Below are positions 25,440 through 32,000 of a DNA stretch of 32,000 bases, piece by piece. The DNA is from Clostridia bacterium (GTDB lineage Bacteria > Bacillota > Clostridia > TANB77 > CAG-465): assembly GCA_017521005.1 (NCBI GenBank), contig JAFXEC010000005.1:10381-42380 (forward strand), given 5' to 3'. A model generated the notes under the pieces. The model had not been told where the DNA came from and did no database searches. It worked only from the letters and a program-made list of their open reading frames with translations. Position 1 is the first letter of the stretch. Every line of letters starts with the position of its first letter. The position numbers and the translations under genes are program-made.

Positions 25440-26047
25440 GTATAAGAAAATCCTAATACACCTTACTAAGTGGAATGGATGAGTAATAGAATAAATTCTA
25501 TTTAGTGGTTTGACGTGGGATATTGCTTAGAATATGTATGGTATATGTACTAGGTATATATAGTATATGTATTTTTTAGTAGCGCATTACCTAGAATAGG
25601 GTAATGTTAAATCTGTTTATACGCAGATTTGAGCTGCTAAAATATGCATATATGCATAGATTAAAGCTTACTTTAACGCCATTACTTCTGACGGGTTAGT
25701 AGTAAAACATCAGACGCTATTATATCTGACGGGTTGGTAGAAAAACATCAGACACGGTTACAGGTGTAATGTAAGGTAAGATTGCCTAAAGATGCGTTAT
25801 GGTATCATACTATTTTGTACAGATTTTGTTTGAACAAAATCTGGCACCGTATTGTGATAGTCAAGCTATCACGATTGGAGACATAGGCGTTTCAGAGGCT
25901 CGCCTATACATTTTCTTAGTAATAGAATACGTACAAACCAACGCAAGCTAATTATTAAACAAACAACACACTTATATATTTAATGCTAACAACAATTAGC
26001 TTATATATAAAACCGCCAAGGAACTCCATGACGGTTATTTTTTTATT
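25440..26047 (+). ncRNA. candidate orphan structured ncRNA of about 600 nt (family unknown)
   Basis: No ORF of 60 codons or more in any frame. Promoter at the 5' end, hairpin plus T7 at the 3' end (26011-26047), and at least 9 discrete hairpins and internal repeats between them. Confidence 0.45.
25687..25754 (+). repeat. two tandem 30-nt modules, TCTGACGGGTT(A/G)GTAG(T/A)AAAACATCAGAC(G/A), period 38 nt
   Basis: Copies at 25687-25716 and 25725-25754, 27/30 identical. Each can fold as TCTGA...TCAGA. Confidence 0.8.
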
Positions 26048-26069
26048 TAAATTTTGTAATATATTTTAG

Positions 26070-27251
26070 TTATTTTACAACAATAGAATTCGTAAAATCT
26101 TCATTCATATTATGAGCGATATTGTTAGCTAGTATATCTAGATATATACTTTCTTTTTCTTCATTACTTAATGTATCTAGTATTTCATCAGTAACTTTAG
26201 GGATGTATGTTGTATTACCGCTAGATATTAAAGAAAGAAGATTAGAAGAATCTGTTTTTACTTTTAATACTCTAGCATAATTTACATTGCAAAGTCTAGT
26301 ATATTTTTCTTTAGTAATGCCTAGTAATATATATATGCATATTCTTTTAATTCTACTTAATGTATATCTCTTGCTTTTTACATTTAATATGTATTCGTTA
26401 TATGACGAAGAAGAAAGAAGTTCATCGTAAAGTTTGTTTTCCAAACCTTCAGAAACATCTTGGATATTTTTAAGGCCATCTTTACCTAATTTAAGAATAC
26501 TAAATTTCAATAATTCCCAAATGTTTTTGTTTAATTTGTACCCGTTCTTTTCTAATGCTGAATAAGTATTTTGAGGTACGGAAGAAGATATTTCTTCTAA
26601 TGTATTATCTAGTGCTTCGCGGATAGCTGTAGAACTTGCATAAGAGCTTGTTTTAGAGATTTTATTATCTTTGTGATTAGATTTATCTCTGTGAACCAAA
26701 ACTGGCTTAATTTGGCTTTTAGAGCTAATTAAGGCTCTGATGTATTCTACTCCTAAAAGATTGTTTGGTTCTTCTAAAATATTCTTTGAATCGAAAGGAA
26801 CAAAATCTGTTATAGCGAGATGTTCCGCACTAGCAGCAGTTATACCTTCTTTTAGATATTCTTTTTTCTTTTTCAAAATTTCCTTTTCGTGTTCTATTTT
26901 AACTTTAGCTATTTTTTCTAGGGCTTCAATATTTTCTGTTTCAGCGCCAAAGGCTATATGAGTAATGCAACCTAAACTATTTAATATATTTACTGCGCCT
27001 TTTGCAAAGTTTTCTGCGCTAGACACGGCATATACAGTTGGTAATTCTAATACAAGATCAGCACCAGACTCTGTAGCAATTTTAGCACGAGTAAACTTAT
27101 CTAAAGTAGCTATATTACCTTGTTCGGTAAAGCTGCCAGACATTATTACTACTGTATAGTCTGCATCTGTTAATTCACGGGCTTTTTTTATATGGTAAAT
27201 ATGTCCGTTGTGCATAGGATTGTATTCTGCTATTATACCTACAATGTTCAT
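26070..27251 (-). CDS. tmcAL: tRNA(Met) cytidine acetate ligase (YlbM/UPF0348 family)
   Basis: MNIVGIIAEYNPMHNGHIYHIKKARE...VVIMSGSFTEQGN...ADLVLELP..YAV..AE.FA.GAV, 393 aa. Confidence 0.85.
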   Translation of the reverse strand: MNIVGIIAEYNPMHNGHIYHIKKARELTDADYTVVIMSGSFTEQGNIATLDKFTRAKIATESGADLVLELPTVYAVSSAENFAKGAVNILNSLGCITHIAFGAETENIEALEKIAKVKIEHEKEILKKKKEYLKEGITAASAEHLAITDFVPFDSKNILEEPNNLLGVEYIRALISSKSQIKPVLVHRDKSNHKDNKISKTSSYASSTAIREALDNTLEEISSSVPQNTYSALEKNGYKLNKNIWELLKFSILKLGKDGLKNIQDVSEGLENKLYDELLSSSSYNEYILNVKSKRYTLSRIKRICIYILLGITKEKYTRLCNVNYARVLKVKTDSSNLLSLISSGNTTYIPKVTDEILDTLSNEEKESIYLDILANNIAHNMNEDFTNSIVVK

Positions 27252-27268
27252 TTCTTCATCTCCTTTTG

Positions 27269-27297
27269 TTGCAAGTTAATTTCATATGATATATAAT
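27269..27297 (+). promoter_or_regulatory. sigma-A type promoter, TTGCAA-17-TATAAT
   Basis: TTGCAA 27269-27274, TATAAT 27292-27297, in the divergent region between tmcAL and the RNase H gene. Confidence 0.6.
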
Positions 27298-27335
27298 ACC
27301 ACAAAAGAGTGAGCATTACAATAAAGGAGAGAATT

Positions 27336-28388
27336 ATGCAAAAGGTAACAATATATACAGATGGAGCATGTAGTGGAAATCCTGGCCCAGGCGGATATGC
27401 TGCTATAATTATGTGTGGAGATAGTTCTAAGGAAATATTTGGAGCTGAAAGAGATACAACAAATAACAGGATGGAACTAAGAGCAGCTATTGAAGGGCTT
27501 AAAGTTTTAACTAAACCATGTGAAGTTACGTTATACTCAGATAGTGCATATCTGGTAAATGCGTATTTGAATAAATGGGTTGAAGGCTGGAAGAAAAATG
27601 GATGGAAGAATGCAAGTAAAGAACCTGTTAAGAATGTGGATTTATGGGAAGAAATTGAAAGACTAAAAGAGATTCATGTGGTTAACTTTGTTAAAGTTAA
27701 AGGACATGCAGATAACAAGTATAACAATAGATGTGATGAGCTTGCAGTGGCGGCCATAAAGAATATAGATGAGCTTGAAAGTGTGGAAGAAAAGGTAGAA
27801 GAGATTGCGGAAAGAGAAGATCTTGTATATAAAGCATTTAAGGATTTACCAGAACTTGAAACAGAAAGATTAAAACTCAGATTATTTAAGGATACAGATG
27901 CAGAAGCGTTATATGAAGCATGTAGCGATGAAAAGGTTACTAGATTTCTTTCTTTTGATACATATACATCAATGGACGATGCATATAACAGACTGGAGTT
28001 CTTAAAAGAAGAATATGAAAAACTTACAGAACCACCTGTTTGGGCAATAACATTAAAAGGAGAGAATAAAGCAATAGGAAGTATAAATTACCTTCATGTA
28101 AAAGAAAAACATAGTGTAGCAGAGATAGGATACTGGTTAGCAAGCAAATATTGGAATAAAGGCATAATGACTGAAGCAGTTAAAGAGGTACTAAAGTTCG
28201 GTTTTGAAAATATGGGACTAAACAAGGTTATTATTCAATGTGACGCAAGAAATATAGGTTCGTATAGAGTAATGGAAAAATGTGGCCTTGTACATGAGGG
28301 AACATTAAGACAAGAAAGATTTAGCAAGGGAGAATTTATAGACATAAAGACATATTCTATACTTAAAGAGGAATACTTTAGAAAATAA
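27336..28388 (+). CDS. fusion protein: RNase HI domain plus RimJ/RimL-type GNAT N-acetyltransferase domain
   Basis: ATG 27336 after AAGGAGAG. N-terminal VTIYTDGACSGNPGPGGYAAII...TNNRMELRAAIEGL...LYSDSAY...VKNVDLWEE...KVKGHADNKYNNRCDELA (all four RNase HI acidic residues present). C-terminal ETERLKLRLF...IGSINY...AEIGYWL...YWNKGIMTEA...FENMGLNKV...CDARNIGSYRVMEKCG. Confidence 0.85.
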   Translation: MQKVTIYTDGACSGNPGPGGYAAIIMCGDSSKEIFGAERDTTNNRMELRAAIEGLKVLTKPCEVTLYSDSAYLVNAYLNKWVEGWKKNGWKNASKEPVKNVDLWEEIERLKEIHVVNFVKVKGHADNKYNNRCDELAVAAIKNIDELESVEEKVEEIAEREDLVYKAFKDLPELETERLKLRLFKDTDAEALYEACSDEKVTRFLSFDTYTSMDDAYNRLEFLKEEYEKLTEPPVWAITLKGENKAIGSINYLHVKEKHSVAEIGYWLASKYWNKGIMTEAVKEVLKFGFENMGLNKVIIQCDARNIGSYRVMEKCGLVHEGTLRQERFSKGEFIDIKTYSILKEEYFRK

Positions 28389-28413
28389 CAAGTAATATAC
28401 TGGTAATAAACAT

Positions 28414-28452
28414 AAACCACTTAAAACATACATAGTATGTTTTAGGTGGTTT
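28414..28452 (+). terminator. 17-bp hairpin after the fusion gene, overlapping the SD of the next gene
   Basis: AAACCACTTAAAACATA-catag-TATGTTTTAGGTGGTTT (one G-U). The 3' arm contains AGGTGG (28444-28449) and ends 1 nt before GTG 28454. Confidence 0.55.
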
Positions 28453-28453
28453 T

Positions 28454-29065
28454 GTGCTTAAGAAATTAGTTAAAGAATATATATTAAAAAATAAGTATGA
28501 TTTATTTGTTATATTAACTATGCTTTTAATAGGATTCGCTATTGGAATAGGCGTATATGCTTTTTCTGATTCTAGTGTTAAAGAAGTATTAAAAACAGAA
28601 GCAATAGAAGTATTTGAAATTAGTACTAGCAAAGAGTACTTAGAAACTAATGTTGTAGCTAATGGCATAAAATCCAATATTATATTGATATGTATATTTG
28701 CTATAGCTAGTGTTACATTATTTGGCAGGTATGTAATTGAAATGTTAGCTGTAATTAAAGGGACAATGCTAAGTATATATATTGCAATTTTATTTAATGT
28801 ATTTGGAATAGGACATGGAATACTGATAGTATTTTTACTAGTAATATTAGTTAATATTATATATATACCGGCATATGTTTTTTTATCTGTTATGTTTATG
28901 GAAGTACATTTTAATATATTTAAGAAAAGAGCTGGTATGACGGGTTTAGAATTTCTTGGGTATATAGCTAAAAGTGTAGGCGCGTTTATAATCATATTTT
29001 CTAGTATAATTGCAGAACAAATGGCAAGTTTAGCAGCGTTAAAGTTATTCTTAAATGTGAAATAA
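28454..29065 (+). CDS. SpoIIM-like (stage II sporulation protein M family) integral membrane protein
   Basis: 203 aa, about 5 TM segments, conserved-looking ...AVIKGTML... and ...IIYIPAYVFLS... segments. Adjacent to xerD, as near B. subtilis spoIIM (from memory). Confidence 0.55.
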   Translation: MLKKLVKEYILKNKYDLFVILTMLLIGFAIGIGVYAFSDSSVKEVLKTEAIEVFEISTSKEYLETNVVANGIKSNIILICIFAIASVTLFGRYVIEMLAVIKGTMLSIYIAILFNVFGIGHGILIVFLLVILVNIIYIPAYVFLSVMFMEVHFNIFKKRAGMTGLEFLGYIAKSVGAFIIIFSSIIAEQMASLAALKLFLNVK

Positions 29066-29115
29066 AGCATAAAAAGAAGAAAATACAAAATTGGTTACAT
29101 AAAAATCAAAAAACA

Positions 29116-29144
29116 CTTGCAAATCCCGAAAAAGTAGTGTAAAA
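29116..29144 (+). promoter_or_regulatory. sigma-A type promoter, TTGCAA-17-TAAAAT
   Basis: TTGCAA 29116-29121, TAAAAT 29139-29144. Confidence 0.55.
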
Positions 29145-29195
29145 TAGTAGCAGTTATTAAAAAATTATGTAATATACAGCATATGGGGGTAAGAA

Positions 29196-30074
29196 ATGGA
29201 ACTTATAATTCAAGACTTTATTGAGTACTTAGAAAGCAGACAAGTGTCTAAAAACACATTACTATCTTACAAAAGAGATATCAACCAACTATCAGAATAT
29301 CTAGATGAAGTTGGCAAGAAGATGTTCGAAGCAACAGAAGAAGACCTAGTAGCCTATATTGCTTACATGCAAACATTAGGAAAATCTAATGCAACAATAT
29401 CTAGAAGTATTGCTTCGATGAAAGCGTTCTATAGATATTTATTAAAATTAAAACTTGTTGAAGAAAATATAGCAGACAAGCTATCTTCACCAAAAGTAGA
29501 AAAGAAAGAGCTTTCAATACTATCTGTAACTGAGGTAGAGAGCCTTCTTGAACAACCTAATCTTTCTGACCTTAAAGGCCAAAGAGATAAGGCTATGTTG
29601 GAGACCCTTTACGCAACTGGTATCAGAGTTACAGAATTAATATCTTTGAATTTAAGTGAATTAAACCTTAACGCTGGACATATAAAAGTTAAAAAGAAAA
29701 ATAAAGAAAGAATTATTCCATTAGGAAATACAACTCTTAGATATTTAAGAGAATATGTAGAAAATGTAAGACCTTTATTAATTAAAACAGAGGACGAGCC
29801 ATCTTTATTTATAAATGCAAATGGTCAAAAAATGACTAGACAAGGATTCTGGAAAATATTAAAACAATATAAAGAACAAGCTAAAATAGATAAAGAATTA
29901 ACACCACACACAATCAGACATTCATTTGCAGTACATATGTTGCAAAATGGTGCTGAAATAAAAACAGTACAAGAATTATTAGGACACACAGATGTAGCAT
30001 CTACTTTAATGTACACACATGTTGCAGATATGAGACTAAGAGATGAGTACTTAAAAGCACATCCAAGAGGATAA
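29196..30074 (+). CDS. xerD: tyrosine recombinase XerD/XerC family
   Basis: ...NTLLSYKRDINQL..YL..., ...ATGIRVTELISL..., HTIRHSFAVHMLQNGAEIKTVQELLGHTDVASTLMYTHV (R..HxxR..Y catalytic set). Confidence 0.8.
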   Translation: MELIIQDFIEYLESRQVSKNTLLSYKRDINQLSEYLDEVGKKMFEATEEDLVAYIAYMQTLGKSNATISRSIASMKAFYRYLLKLKLVEENIADKLSSPKVEKKELSILSVTEVESLLEQPNLSDLKGQRDKAMLETLYATGIRVTELISLNLSELNLNAGHIKVKKKNKERIIPLGNTTLRYLREYVENVRPLLIKTEDEPSLFINANGQKMTRQGFWKILKQYKEQAKIDKELTPHTIRHSFAVHMLQNGAEIKTVQELLGHTDVASTLMYTHVADMRLRDEYLKAHPRG

Positions 30075-30080
30075 ACATTA

Positions 30081-30106
30081 AGCGGATACATAAGTATTCG
30101 CTTTTT
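30081..30106 (+). terminator. intrinsic terminator after xerD
   Basis: AGCGGATAC-ataa-GTATTCGCT (one G-U) followed by TTTT. Confidence 0.65.
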
Positions 30107-30151
30107 ATATACGAAAAAGCAAGCACAAATATTAAACACATAGGAGAGATT

Positions 30152-30889
30152 ATGAGAAATATTAAATTAACAATAGAATACGATGGAACCAACTTTAGTG
30201 GTTGGCAAATACAAAAAGATAAAAGAACAATAGAAGAAGAATTAGAAACAGCTTTAGCTAAAATATTAAAAGAAGAAGTTAAAGTAATTGGTTCTGGTAG
30301 AACTGATGCTGGAGTTCATGCAATGGGACAAGTTGCAAATTTCAAAACAGATAAAACAATAAAACCAGAAGAACTTCTTTATGCATTAAATACAATGCTT
30401 CCATATGATATAGTAATACTTAATGTGGAAGATGTGGATGAAAGCTTTAATGCTAGGATATCTGCCAAGGCAAAACATTATAGATATGTGATAAACAATG
30501 CTAAATTTCCATCTGCACTTAATGCAAATAGAGAATATCATTACAAATATTTCTTAGATACAGAAGCTATGCAACTTGCTGCAAATGATCTTAAAGGCAA
30601 ACATGATTTTAAGGCTTTTATGGCGGCAGGAAGTACTGTTAAAGATACTGAAAGAGAAATTTATGATATACAGGTTGCAAGACTAGGAAATAGAGTTATA
30701 ATAGATGTAGTAGGTAATGGCTTTTTATACAATATGGTAAGAATAATTGCTGGAACTTTAATAGATGTAGGGTCTGGAAAATTAGACATATGTGTAATAA
30801 AAAATATGATTGAAACAGGGGATAGAAACCTAGGTGGAAGAACAGTTGCACCCGAAGGTTTATTCTTAGTAAATGTAACATATCAATAA
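30152..30889 (+). CDS. truA: tRNA pseudouridine(38-40) synthase
   Basis: IEYDGTNFSGWQIQ...GSGRTDAGVHAMGQVANF..., ...FLYNMVRIIAG.... Confidence 0.95.
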   Translation: MRNIKLTIEYDGTNFSGWQIQKDKRTIEEELETALAKILKEEVKVIGSGRTDAGVHAMGQVANFKTDKTIKPEELLYALNTMLPYDIVILNVEDVDESFNARISAKAKHYRYVINNAKFPSALNANREYHYKYFLDTEAMQLAANDLKGKHDFKAFMAAGSTVKDTEREIYDIQVARLGNRVIIDVVGNGFLYNMVRIIAGTLIDVGSGKLDICVIKNMIETGDRNLGGRTVAPEGLFLVNVTYQ

Positions 30890-30911
30890 TTAAAAGATTA
30901 AAGAGGTAATA

Positions 30912-32000
30912 ATGAACAAAAGAATAGGTAAAGAAGCAAAGAAATTGCTTTTTGGCGATTTAATATACATTCTTACAGGAGTGTTTATTAATACGTTTTT
31001 AGTAGCATATTTTTTGCAAGTAACAGATGATAACATATCTAAGATAGCATTATATTATTTAACAGTACATGCTATAAGATTTATAGGTTCGCTTGCAGTA
31101 GGTGAACATATAAAGAAACATCCAGATATAATAAAATTAGTATTATCATTAAGTGTAATAGCAAGAGCGGTATTTATACTTTTCATAGTAGTATTAAAGG
31201 AAGAAATAGTAAGAAATTATATATGGGTAGCAAGTATTTATGCGCTATCAGAAGTGCTTTACTGGTCAACGCATGAGATGATGTATATTGGGCTTACAAA
31301 CAACGATAATAGAAAGCAATTTGTATCTATTAAAAAGGTGTTAGATAAAGTAATAAATATAGTAGCACCGGTAGTACTTGGAACATCTATAGAACTAGCA
31401 TCATTTAATGAAATAGCTATTTATGTATTTTGTTTAGCAGTAATAGAAATAGCAGTTACATTATCTATAAAACAACCTAAGTTAAGTAAAGCAAATAAAA
31501 TATATAATATGGAAGCTTTTAAATGGAAAATTAACGAAGAAAAGTTGGAAGGAACAAAGAATTTTGCTAGAGCAGGTGTTGCTTACGGAATATTTGAAAA
31601 AACAATAAGTAAGATTATTATTGTAATAACTCTTATGACATTTAAAACGGAAATGAGTTTAGGAATACTTACAACAGTATTTTCGTTATGTTCTATGTTA
31701 GCAATTTTAATATATAACAAACTAGATACTAAAAAGACATACAAGTCTATATTCAATATTCTTTCTATAGCAATAATATTTAGCGTAATTGGATTATTCT
31801 TAGACATAAATAAAATAACACTTATAATATTTAATTTTTGTTATATGGTTGGTTTTGGAATATATGATGTTGTATATAATATAAAGAAAGCAAATATAGT
31901 AGTAGATGAAGGATTAGAGGAATATAAAGAGGAATATCTTGCGTATGTTACAGCATCTATATCTTGTGGAAGATTCATAGGGTATAGTATGATGCTAGTT
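30912..32000 (+). CDS. multi-pass membrane protein (MFS-transporter-like), truncated at the right edge
   Basis: ATG 30912 after AGAGG. I translated 363 codons with no stop to the window end; repeated hydrophobic segments. Absent from the track because it has no stop. Confidence 0.6.
   Translation, partial: MNKRIGKEAKKLLFGDLIYILTGVFINTFLVAYFLQVTDDNISKIALYYLTVHAIRFIGSLAVGEHIKKHPDIIKLVLSLSVIARAVFILFIVVLKEEIVRNYIWVASIYALSEVLYWSTHEMMYIGLTNNDNRKQFVSIKKVLDKVINIVAPVVLGTSIELASFNEIAIYVFCLAVIEIAVTLSIKQPKLSKANKIYNMEAFKWKINEEKLEGTKNFARAGVAYGIFEKTISKIIIVITLMTFKTEMSLGILTTVFSLCSMLAILIYNKLDTKKTYKSIFNILSIAIIFSVIGLFLDINKITLIIFNFCYMVGFGIYDVVYNIKKANIVVDEGLEEYKEEYLAYVTASISCGRFIGYSMMLV

Noticed and set aside
25687-25754. 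Mini CRISPR array.
   Set aside because: There are only two repeats, separated by 8 nt, with no further copies and no cas genes in the window.
25687-25754. Hammerhead-type ribozyme core on the minus strand (CTGATG).
   Set aside because: The sequence reads CUGAUGU, not CUGAUGA, and there is no matching GAAA or stem arrangement.
25791-25832. Short peptide ORFs inside the RNA locus, for example ATG 25791 encoding MRYGIILFCTDFV.
   Set aside because: The SD spacing is poor (about 14 nt) and the ORFs are very short, so nothing distinguishes them from chance ORFs. A type I toxin is not excluded, but it is unsupported.
25440-26047. RNase P RNA, tmRNA, SRP RNA or 6S RNA.
   Set aside because: I could not find GAGGAAAGTCC-type P4 sequences, a tRNA-like 3' end with a tag ORF, or the SRP domain IV motif. 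At about 600 nt it is also too large for 6S or SRP RNA.

Overview
Low-GC, standard-code Firmicutes (Clostridia-like) chromosome. The backbone is the S10-spc-alpha ribosomal protein cluster, running rpsJ to rplQ (about 5.8-25.4 kb, + strand). Left of it are rpsT (-), an operon of a small Cys-rich gene plus tmk-thyA-folA, a WG-repeat protein, and two tandem pilin-like paralogs. Right of it are tmcAL (-), an RNase HI-GNAT fusion, a SpoIIM-like protein, xerD, truA and a truncated membrane transporter. The conserved cluster is interrupted twice by self-contained cassettes with their own promoters and terminators. The first is a pair of membrane-protein genes between secY and adk. The second is a split HipA-family kinase module between map and infA: a kinase core followed by a separately encoded 91-aa protein resembling the HipA N-terminal subdomain. 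It has no HipB-like gene in the cassette and is in reversed order relative to HipBST. I consider the second cassette the best candidate for a new system. The next candidate is an ORF-free locus of about 600 nt downstream of rplQ, with a near-consensus promoter, a chain of hairpins, internal repeats and an intrinsic terminator; it looks like an orphan large structured ncRNA. Other oddities: map is split by a 1-nt frameshift, rpmD is missing from its usual place, and L24 carries a CxxC...CxxC motif. L17, L29 and L23 carry insertions or extensions. All calls rest on reading the sequence and on remembered family motifs; no searches were run.
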